Positions 9,072 through 15,685 of a stretch of 48,655 nucleotides of DNA are shown piece after piece. The DNA is from Alphaproteobacteria bacterium (GTDB taxonomy: Bacteria > Pseudomonadota > Alphaproteobacteria > Rs-D84), in the NCBI GenBank assembly GCA_017617915.1, contig JAFZVH010000013.1, forward strand, positions 1 to 48,655. Reading direction: 5' to 3'. The notes below the pieces were generated by a model that did not search any database, was not told the DNA's origin, and worked only from the letters and a program-made list of their open reading frames with translations. Every line of letters starts with the position of its first letter. The stretch's first letter is position 1. The position numbers and the translations under genes are program-made.

Positions 9072-10030
9072 TAACACAAGAACAAGTAAAAATTTTTGAT
9101 AAAAAAATACGGGGTGCGGAATCCATCTTTTTGATGGCGCACAAGAACCCTGATGGTGATGCGTTGTGTTCTGTGGCGGCGTTGTGTCGGCTGATAGAAT
9201 TAAATTATGGTAAATCTGTCACCTGTGTTTATGATGGCAATATTCCAGATAATTTGGACAATGTGCCATTGCGGCGCAGGTTGCATTTCTTTGAACGCGT
9301 TGAACCAGATACCCCAGTAGATGTCGCCATTGTTATGGACTATGGCATTATAAGGAATATTGGTGGACCGTACAAATTTGTTGAAAACGCCGGTTTCGTA
9401 ATAGAAATAGATCATCACATAAACGATAACAAGGTCGGGAAATTATGCCTAGATGACGAGTCTGCGGCGGCAACGGCCGAGATAGTTTATGAGTTGGCCT
9501 TGGCGGCGGGATGGGAAATGGATGTGACCGTTGCTATGTTGATGATGACGGCAATAATTACCGATACAGGTTTCTTTAAATTTGTTAAGAGTGGCAAAGT
9601 TATGCGCATTGTTGCAGATTTAATTGACCGCGGTGTCGATATCCAACGCATTATAAATGATTTGGCACAAAAACCGCGTAAAACAGTGGTGACCGAGGCG
9701 GAATCTGTTGGCGCAACTGAATTTTATTTCAAAAACAGACTTGCGATTGCAACCATAACTGCGAACCAATACAAGAGAATGGACGGGCGCGGCGAAACGG
9801 CATTGAACTTGTTGGGACAAATGCGCGGTGTTGATTATACGGTTTTGTTGAAAGAGCAAAAGCCTGATCAGATTGGTGTTTCTTTGCGCGGCCATTATAA
9901 AAGCGTTGATAAAATTGCTGTTGCTCTTGGCGGGGGTGGGCATGAATATGCGGCGGGCGCGGTTGTGCATGACACACTGGACAATGTGAAGCAACGCATT
10001 TTAGATTTATTTAAAAAGGTGTCTTGGTGA
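9068..10030 (+). CDS. nrnA: DHH/DHHA1 phosphoesterase, NrnA-like oligoribonuclease/pAp phosphatase
   Basis: HKNPDGDALCS, IEIDHH, ITDTGFFKF and GGGGHEYAAG. Overlaps the recJ stop by 4 nt. Confidence 0.7.
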   Translation: MITQEQVKIFDKKIRGAESIFLMAHKNPDGDALCSVAALCRLIELNYGKSVTCVYDGNIPDNLDNVPLRRRLHFFERVEPDTPVDVAIVMDYGIIRNIGGPYKFVENAGFVIEIDHHINDNKVGKLCLDDESAAATAEIVYELALAAGWEMDVTVAMLMMTAIITDTGFFKFVKSGKVMRIVADLIDRGVDIQRIINDLAQKPRKTVVTEAESVGATEFYFKNRLAIATITANQYKRMDGRGETALNLLGQMRGVDYTVLLKEQKPDQIGVSLRGHYKSVDKIAVALGGGGHEYAAGAVVHDTLDNVKQRILDLFKKVSW

Positions 10031-10644
10031 TGAAAAAAATTTTTATTGCAATAGTGTTTTCTGTGTTCGGTGCACACGCATTTGGTGCGGTTGATAGTGC
10101 GTTGGTTTCGCGTGCAGAAAAGTATTTGAATTCTATCACTGGGCTTTCTGGTGGCTTTGTGCAGACGAATAACGGTAAAAGCGAGCAGGGTAATTTTTCA
10201 TTGTTGCGACCGGGGCGCGTGCGTTTGGATTATCAAAAAATGCCTGTGCAACTGATGGCGGACGGTGCAGATTTATATTTCTATGATAAATCTTTGGACC
10301 AGATTACGACGGTACCGCTGACCAGCACGCCTGCGGGAATATTGGTGCGAAAAAAAATAGATTTGCAAAATGCAGATATAAATGTTGTTGATACAATGAA
10401 TTATAAAAATACTTTTGCGGTTAAAATGAATTTGCGCGGCCAAGAAGGTCTTGGGAATATGACGGTTGTGTTTAATAAAAATCCTGTTGCACTTCATTCT
10501 TGGACGATTGTTGACGCGGTTGGGAACCAGACGGATGTTTTGTTCAAAGACTTGCGTGTAAAGACGGATTTTGGAAAAAATTATTTTCAAATTCAGCGCC
10601 ACAAGACAGTTAGCACCAGTGGTGGCGACAATTTTTACGATTAA
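10030..10644 (+). CDS. lolA: periplasmic lipoprotein carrier LolA
   Basis: Signal peptide MKKIFIAIVFSVFGAHAFG, then LSGGFVQT...GNFSLLRPGRVRLDY...LMADGADLYFYD. The ATG overlaps the nrnA TGA. Confidence 0.75.
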   Translation: MKKIFIAIVFSVFGAHAFGAVDSALVSRAEKYLNSITGLSGGFVQTNNGKSEQGNFSLLRPGRVRLDYQKMPVQLMADGADLYFYDKSLDQITTVPLTSTPAGILVRKKIDLQNADINVVDTMNYKNTFAVKMNLRGQEGLGNMTVVFNKNPVALHSWTIVDAVGNQTDVLFKDLRVKTDFGKNYFQIQRHKTVSTSGGDNFYD

Positions 10645-10646
10645 AA

Positions 10647-10916
10647 ATGTTCGGAATCAGTTGGGCAGAATTTTTAGTAATTTTGTTGGTTGCGATTTTG
10701 GTCGTACCTGCGCGATATTGGCCAGATGTGGCGCGTGCGCTTGCAAGGGCAGTAAAATTTATTCGTGGACTTATTTGGAAAATCACAGATGCATCGGAAA
10801 AAATTAAAGAGCAAATCGAACTGGAACAGCCGATAAATGAAATCGTGCAAACTGCCAGCGAAGAAGTCTTGGACGCATTTTCGGTCAAAAAGAAAAAACG
10901 GAAATCAGCCAAATGA
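10647..10916 (+). CDS. tatB: twin-arginine translocase subunit TatB
   Basis: MFGISWAEFLVILLVAILVVPARYWPDVARALARAVKF. Confidence 0.8.
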   Translation: MFGISWAEFLVILLVAILVVPARYWPDVARALARAVKFIRGLIWKITDASEKIKEQIELEQPINEIVQTASEEVLDAFSVKKKKRKSAK

Positions 10917-11617
10917 AAAAAATGACAATGATGCAACATTTTTCTGAACTGCGTAGCCGCATTTTGTGGACATTGGCGGTCTTTGTTATTGCGTTTGGCT
11001 TTGGATGGTTCGTTGCGCCGTTTGTGCAAGAATTTTTGACTGCACCACTGATTGCGGTTTGGGGTGATGCACAACTTATATACACTGGATTGACCGATGG
11101 TTTAATGGTCCAGTTGTCGCTTGCTATGTTGGTTGCATTGCTGATAACGACACCGGTTGCATTGTTCGAAATTTGGCAGTTTATTGCGCCAGGCCTGCAT
11201 AAAAAAGAACGCCGTTTTGTTGTGCCTATATTTGTTTTGTCGCCAATTCTGTTTTTGGCGGGTGCGGCGTTTGCGTTTTACGCACTGTTGCCGTTTGTGT
11301 TTCAGTTTTTTATAGAGTTGAATACGGCGGCGCCAGTGCCTGCGGTGATTATGCCAGCAGTTCGAAATTATTTAACTTTTTCAATCGATATGTTAAAGGT
11401 GTTTGGAATCGCGTTTCAGTTGCCTTTGGTTATGGTGCTGTTGAACAGGGCAGGGGTCTTGTCACGTGCGCGCGTTATTCGGTTTCGGCGCTATGCGATA
11501 ATTTTTATAGTGATTGCGGCGGCGGTTTTGACGCCACCAGATATAGTTTCACAAGTCTTGTTGGCGTTGCCAATGTGGCTGTTATTCGAAGCCAGCATAT
11601 GGTTTATGAAAAAGTGA
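10913..11617 (+). CDS. tatC: twin-arginine translocase subunit TatC
   Basis: HFSELRSRILW and six predicted TM segments; overlaps tatB by 4 nt. Confidence 0.9.
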   Translation: MKKMTMMQHFSELRSRILWTLAVFVIAFGFGWFVAPFVQEFLTAPLIAVWGDAQLIYTGLTDGLMVQLSLAMLVALLITTPVALFEIWQFIAPGLHKKERRFVVPIFVLSPILFLAGAAFAFYALLPFVFQFFIELNTAAPVPAVIMPAVRNYLTFSIDMLKVFGIAFQLPLVMVLLNRAGVLSRARVIRFRRYAIIFIVIAAAVLTPPDIVSQVLLALPMWLLFEASIWFMKK

Positions 11618-11679
11618 TTAGTGGTTATCCGCTTTCGCTTTGCTACGGCGAGATAAAGTGTAAGTGGTAAGTGATTAGT

Positions 11680-11708
11680 GCGGGCGCATTCGCGCCCGCT
11701 GTTTTTTA
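11680..11708 (+). terminator. rho-independent terminator after tatC
   Basis: gcgggcgc-att-cgcgcccgc followed by a T-run at 11702-11707. Confidence 0.8.
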
Positions 11709-11729
11709 TTTTGCATAAAAGCAGATTTA

Positions 11730-11738
11730 TGATATAAT
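11730..11738 (+). promoter_or_regulatory. extended -10 element TGATATAAT
   Basis: The same 9-mer occurs upstream of the SPOR gene, the nlpD-like gene and the 32490 gene. Confidence 0.4.
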
Positions 11739-11744
11739 TCGAAC

Positions 11745-11927
11745 GATATGGCGGGTTGCCATATTGAGGCGTCAGAACCTCTAAATTTTCGGTGTCCGTG
11801 GGGACAAAAAAACACCTCCAAGCGTATTTTGTTGGAGGGCGGTGAGTAGATTGAATAAGCACGCTATTTTTCTGAAAATTATAGTTCTGAACCTCCAACC
11901 ACTTGAAATTGTTTCGGTGGTTTTTTT
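11745..11927 (+). ncRNA. candidate small RNA or structured 5' leader (unclassified)
   Basis: It lies between the TGATATAAT element and a weak hairpin+T7 (aaccac-N14-gtggtt-ttttttt). It contains hairpins atatggc/gccatat and cctccaa/ttggagg. No credible ORF. Confidence 0.25.
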
Positions 11928-11942
11928 CGTTGGGGAAGAATT

Positions 11943-12233
11943 GTGCGTATATTGTGCGTATTTTTATCGTTGTTATTTTTGGTGCCGTTTTCTGCACGCT
12001 GTGACGATATGGAAAAACAAATGCAAATCGCATCACTTAAACGCGAAATCAACGACCTTGAAATCGAACTTGAAGCCTGCAAACGCAATACCAAAAATTG
12101 GAAAGCCGCAACCATTGTTGGCGCGGCGGGCGTGGCAACAACTGGCGCAATTGCCATAGGGCAGGGGATAAAACTGCACAAAATGAAACAGGCTGGTATG
12201 ACAACGCAAGAAGAAAAGAAAGGGCAAGAATGA
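11943..12233 (+). CDS. small secreted/membrane-anchored hypothetical protein
   Basis: GTG start, signal-like MRILCVFLSLLFLVPFSA, a coiled-coil stretch, then the glycine-zipper hydrophobic segment WKAATIVGAAGVATTGAIAIG and a basic tail. Confidence 0.4.
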   Translation: MRILCVFLSLLFLVPFSARCDDMEKQMQIASLKREINDLEIELEACKRNTKNWKAATIVGAAGVATTGAIAIGQGIKLHKMKQAGMTTQEEKKGQE

Positions 12234-12433
12234 AAGTAATAATGTTATTTTTATTATTTTTGCCGTTTGCGGTTTACGCCGAACCTGTTGATATGTTGGA
12301 TTACTAGATAAATGAATTGACGCGTCGTCGTGATGATTTAAAAAAACAAATAGCAAAATGCGAAGCGAATACGCGCAAGTTCAAAATAGCGGGTGTATCA
12401 ACACTTGGCTCGACGGGTGTCGGTGTCGTGTGA
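12230..12433 (+). pseudogene. paralog of the preceding small protein interrupted by an in-frame TAG
   Basis: MKVIMLFLLFLPFAVYAEPVDMLDY-TAG(12305-12307)-INELTRRRDDLKKQIAKCEANTRKFKIAGVSTLGSTGVGVV, all in one frame. It aligns to ...LKREINDLEIELEACKRNTKNWKAATIVGAAGV of the upstream ORF. Confidence 0.4.
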
Positions 12434-12440
12434 TCGGTCT

Positions 12441-12638
12441 ATGAGGTGGGCACTTATGGCACATGGGTATGGTACAGAGACCGTATTTTATGAGGATTAT
12501 AGTTTTCCAGCCATACAAGGCGAGTCAGAATGTAAAGAAGTTGTTGACTTTGCTTCGCAATTAATGGATCAGCCGATAGATTTTAAGTGGGTACAAGAAG
12601 ATGAAGAAGCTAAGTGTCATGCATGCTTTGATAAATAA
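12441..12638 (+). CDS. hypothetical small acidic protein
   Basis: The ORF is followed directly by a terminator. No recognisable motif and the start is uncertain. Confidence 0.25.
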   Translation: MRWALMAHGYGTETVFYEDYSFPAIQGESECKEVVDFASQLMDQPIDFKWVQEDEEAKCHACFDK

Positions 12639-12653
12639 GTAGTAATTCACTAA

Positions 12654-12680
12654 CCTCACCCAAATCGGGTGGGGTTTTTG
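12654..12680 (+). terminator. rho-independent terminator
   Basis: cctcaccc-aaatc-gggtgggg followed by TTTTT. Confidence 0.75.
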
Positions 12681-12702
12681 GTTTGGGTAATGCGCCTTTT
12701 TG

Positions 12703-12711
12703 TGATATAAT
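12703..12711 (+). promoter_or_regulatory. extended -10 TGATATAAT only 9 nt upstream of the nlpD-like ATG
   Basis: TTTTTGTGATATAAT is identical to the element at 32451-32465. No Shine-Dalgarno sequence lies between it and ATG 12721. Confidence 0.45.
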
Positions 12712-12720
12712 TTGGTTGAT

Positions 12721-14250
12721 ATGAAAATTCGGCCGATATTTTTTATTTTGGGTGCGCTTTGGCTTGCGGCCTGTGATTTGCAACCCAAAATTGCATCTAT
12801 TCCTGATTCTATTGGGGAGTTTATTTCGTCGCGGTATCCGGCTTTGTTGGCGGATCCTGTTAAAGAACCCGAAATTTATAACTCGGCGGCGGGCGACTAT
12901 GGTGTGTATGCTTCACCAGAACTCTATGGCGGGGATGTTGGCGAATATGTGAACTATGCCGCCACAGATGATTATGTTTTCAAAGATGAATATACATACA
13001 CGCCAACCGAAACACAGGAACCAGAGGAATCAGAACCCGCAGACACAGCCGATGATACAATACCTGTGCCAGAACCAGAATCTGAATCAGAACCCGCACC
13101 AGAACCGGAACCAGAACCCGAAGATATTATAACTGTGGCGGATTATCAAACAGATGAACTGTATGTTGCACCGCGTGCGGCGGCGGGTACAGTGGTTGTG
13201 CGGCGTGGCGATACACTGTATGCAATCGCGCGCGATAACAATATGACTATTGCGGACCTTGCAGAAATAAACAATTTGAAATCGCCGTATAATCTGCGCA
13301 TAGGTCAAGTGTTAAAGTTGGAAAAACCTGTGCCAAAAGAAATTGAAAAGCCAAAAGAAATTGTGACGCCAAAACCTGTTGAACCGAAACAGGAAATAAA
13401 ACCAGAAGCCAAATCCGAACCAAAGCAGGCTAGGGCTGCACCAAAGGCGGATGTGCGTGTGCCTGTTAAAACTGTGACGGTGGCGCGGGGTGATACTCTG
13501 TATTCTTTGTCGCGGGCTTACTCTGTGCCGGTGAACGATTTGGCGGTGATGAATAACTTGTCTGCGCCGTTTGCGCTGGCGGTGGGGCAACAGTTGCGTG
13601 TGCCAGATTTGCCAAAGGCCGAATCGCTGAAGAAATCAGTTAAACAAACCGAGCAACCGAAAAAACAAGAAAACAAAAATACAGAGAAAAAGAAACCGGA
13701 ATCTAAACCGCAACAAAAGGTGTCCACAAAGGTTGATTCTGCGGCGAAAGCCAAAACCAAAGCGGCGAATAAAAATACACCAAATAAACAGCAGACAGCG
13801 AAACCTGCCGAACCGAAAAAGGTTGCCACAGCCCAAAAGAAGCAACAAACAACACCAAAAATTGCGGCGCGTTCATCGTCAAAGTTTTCTTGGCCTGTGC
13901 GGGGCAAGATTTTGTCGCACTTTGGTGCCAAGACCGGTGGTCTGTATAATGATGGTATAAATATCTCGGCGGCGTTTGATTCGCCTGTGCGTGCGGCGGA
14001 AAATGGCGTTGTTGCGTATGCGGGCAATGAAGTTCGTGGTATGGGCAATTTGGTTATTATTCAGCACGAGGGCGGTTGGATGACGGTCTATGCGCATATG
14101 AATTCTATGGTGGTGCGGCGTGGCGCAGATGTCAAAGTCGGACAAAAGATAGGAACGCTGGGCCAAACGGGTAAAGTCAATAAACCACAGCTGCATTTTG
14201 AGATTCGTAAAGGCACCAAGGCTTATAACCCCGCAGATTATTTGAAATAG
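12721..14250 (+). CDS. nlpD: LysM/M23 (LytM-domain) lipoprotein, NlpD-like
   Basis: Lipobox LAAC, two LysM repeats (VRRGDTLYAIARDNNMTIADLAEINNL, VARGDTLYSLSRAYSVPVNDLAVMNNL), acidic PEPE and Lys-rich linkers, and a C-terminal M23 fold (GNLVIIQHEGGWMTVYAHM...GQTGKVNKPQLHFEIRKG). Confidence 0.85.
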   Translation: MKIRPIFFILGALWLAACDLQPKIASIPDSIGEFISSRYPALLADPVKEPEIYNSAAGDYGVYASPELYGGDVGEYVNYAATDDYVFKDEYTYTPTETQEPEESEPADTADDTIPVPEPESESEPAPEPEPEPEDIITVADYQTDELYVAPRAAAGTVVVRRGDTLYAIARDNNMTIADLAEINNLKSPYNLRIGQVLKLEKPVPKEIEKPKEIVTPKPVEPKQEIKPEAKSEPKQARAAPKADVRVPVKTVTVARGDTLYSLSRAYSVPVNDLAVMNNLSAPFALAVGQQLRVPDLPKAESLKKSVKQTEQPKKQENKNTEKKKPESKPQQKVSTKVDSAAKAKTKAANKNTPNKQQTAKPAEPKKVATAQKKQQTTPKIAARSSSKFSWPVRGKILSHFGAKTGGLYNDGINISAAFDSPVRAAENGVVAYAGNEVRGMGNLVIIQHEGGWMTVYAHMNSMVVRRGADVKVGQKIGTLGQTGKVNKPQLHFEIRKGTKAYNPADYLK

Positions 14251-14332
14251 TGGATAGTGTAAGTGGTTAGTGGGGTTCTCGTCCAATGCTTCCAGACCAT
14301 AATTAAAACCGACGCAAGGTCGGTTTGAATTC

Positions 14333-14444
14333 TGGTGGGCGCATGGGGATTGCACATCCCCAACATAAATGTCGGGGACCCCTTCCACTCGCAACGGTTT
14401 CGCTGCGCCGAGGGCTTGCAAAACCGGCTATCGTGTCGAACCCC
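14333..14444 (-). other. 112-nt tRNA-3'-end-bearing structured module, copy A
   Basis: Minus strand: GGGGTTCGACACG...GGCGCAGCGAAACCGTTGCG...TGGGGA-TGTGCAA-TCCCCA-TGCGCCC-ACCA. It is followed by the same terminator as tRNA-Lys. Confidence 0.3.
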
Positions 14445-14507
14445 TTGGGGTTCTCGTCCGATGCTTCCAGACCATAATTAAAACCGACGCAAGGTCGGTT
14501 TGAATTC

Positions 14508-14619
14508 TGGTGGGCGCATGGGGATTGCACATCCCCAACATAAATGTCGGGGCCCCCTTCCACTCGCAACGGTTTCGCTGCGCCGATGGCTTGCAAAACC
14601 GGCTATCGTGTCGAACCCC
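14508..14619 (-). other. 112-nt tRNA-3'-end-bearing structured module, copy B
   Basis: Near-identical to copy A, with 2 substitutions inside the module. Confidence 0.3.
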
Positions 14620-14654
14620 TTGGGGTTCTCGTCCAATGCTTCCAGACCATAATT

Positions 14655-14676
14655 AAAACCGACGCAAGGTCGGTTT
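14655..14676 (-). terminator. terminator of tRNA-Lys (copies also at 14305-14326 and 14480-14501)
   Basis: Minus strand: aaaccgacc-ttgc-gtcggtttt, followed by aatta. Confidence 0.7.
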
Positions 14677-14682
14677 GAATTC

Positions 14683-14758
14683 TGGTGGGCGCATGGGGAC
14701 TCGAACCCCAGACCCACTGATTAAGAGTCAGTTGCTCTACCAACTGAGCTATGCACCC
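14683..14758 (-). tRNA. tRNA-Lys (anticodon CUU), CCA encoded
   Basis: GGGTGCA-TA-GCTC-AGTTGGTA-GAGC-A-ACTGA-CTCTTAA-TCAGT-GGGTC-TGGGG-TTCGAGT-CCCCA-TGCGCCC-A-CCA. A full 76-nt cloverleaf. Confidence 0.95.
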
Positions 14759-14788
14759 ATGGATCTATTCTTTTTCCAAGACCCGCTG

Positions 14789-14816
14789 ATTATATACCTT
14801 TTTTTCTAAATTGCAA
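14789..14816 (-). promoter_or_regulatory. sigma70 promoter for tRNA-Lys (TTGCAA-N16-TATAAT)
   Basis: Minus strand: cTTGCAAtttagaaaaaaaggtaTATAATcagcgg, about 30 nt upstream of the tRNA 5' end. Confidence 0.65.
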
Positions 14817-14936
14817 GCATTTATCAAAAAGGTATCCATACCTATGCAAACTTCGTGCGCCACATGTTAGAATTTTATTCGTCAAGAGTGTAATAATGCA
14901 CCCTTTCAAAAAATGTTAAAAACAAAAGGAGAAAAC

Positions 14937-15539
14937 ATGAAACAAGTCGCAATCCCTGTGTTGGCCGCTTTGGTTGCATGCCCTGCAATGGCAGGTCAAT
15001 ATAATCAAGAATCTTTCTGGGATTCGTTGAATCCGTATATGTCCTTGCACGTCGGTGCAGGCTATACAAATCTGAATTACAGATTTAATGGATATAAAGA
15101 ATCTTTGTCTGACGAAGAGTTGCATGGCCGTGCTGCGCTTGGGTTGGCAATGTGGTGCAACAAAGCCAGAACCGAAGTCGAATGGTCTATGTACACAAAA
15201 ACCAAAGACAACGATAAATTTGGTGGTACAACAGTAAATGTTGATACGAAATTACAAACCTTGTTAATGAATGCGTACATGGACTTGGGGGATTATAAAA
15301 TGATTCGTCCGTTTGTCGGTCTGGGCGCCGGTGCCGCATTTACAGAACAGACAGCTAAGGTCCCAGGCGTTAGCAGCAAAAAGCACGACAAAGGAAGTTT
15401 TTCAGCGATGGGAACATTGGGTATGACCTTTGATTGGCGTATCTTTTCTGTAGATATGGCATTGCGTTATACGTATGCAGATGTCAACTCTGGGTTGCAT
15501 AACTTTACAGGTGATGTCGGTGTAAGATATATGTTCTAA
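14937..15539 (+). CDS. small outer-membrane beta-barrel protein (OmpA-N/Omp25-like)
   Basis: RBS AAAGGAG, signal peptide MKQVAIPVLAALVACPAMA, alternating beta-strand pattern and a terminal GVRYMF with C-terminal Phe. Confidence 0.7.
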   Translation: MKQVAIPVLAALVACPAMAGQYNQESFWDSLNPYMSLHVGAGYTNLNYRFNGYKESLSDEELHGRAALGLAMWCNKARTEVEWSMYTKTKDNDKFGGTTVNVDTKLQTLLMNAYMDLGDYKMIRPFVGLGAGAAFTEQTAKVPGVSSKKHDKGSFSAMGTLGMTFDWRIFSVDMALRYTYADVNSGLHNFTGDVGVRYMF

Positions 15540-15571
15540 ACGAAATCGTTTCTGTTTAACATTGTGTCCGA

Positions 15572-15597
15572 CCCCAAATAATTTTATTTGGGGTTTT
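15572..15597 (+). terminator. rho-independent terminator
   Basis: ccccaaata-attt-tatttgggg followed by TTTT. Confidence 0.75.
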
Positions 15598-15685
15598 GTT
15601 TGAATTGGGCGTGGGCAATCATACCTAGGGCAATCGCGCAAGGCTTGTAATATAATCTGTTCTGTAACAACCCAAGGAGAACAAA

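Larger units (their letters stand above)
14272..14699. repeat. 2.45 copies of a 175-bp tandem direct repeat abutting tRNA-Lys
   Basis: Unit starts at 14272, 14447 and 14622. The TGGTGGGCGCATGGGGA block is at 14333, 14508 and 14683. I see only three substitutions between the two full copies. Confidence 0.95.

Noticed and set aside
11491-12036. 181-aa minus-strand ORF
   Set aside because: It overlaps the tatC 3' end and crosses the tatC terminator and the intergenic promoter region. No motif or SD.
13518-14048. 176-aa minus-strand ORF
   Set aside because: It is antisense to the well-supported LysM/M23 gene.
14333-14619. The modules as tmRNA (5' GGGGTTCGAC and 3' CCA looked tmRNA-like)
   Set aside because: The 5' GGGG... 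cannot pair with the 3' TGCGCCC acceptor strand. There is no tag reading frame or pseudoknot region, 112 nt is far too short, and no coding piece follows the CCA as expected for a permuted alphaproteobacterial ssrA.
14272-14699. Possible CRISPR array
   Set aside because: The period is 175 bp with near-identical whole units. There are no short repeat/unique-spacer alternations and no cas genes in the window.
13879-14717. Minus-strand ORFs 13879-14421, 14303-14596 and 14478-14717 with repeated peptide sequences
   Set aside because: They are translations of the tandem repeat. One starts inside tRNA-Lys, and they run through terminator hairpins. They have no SD.
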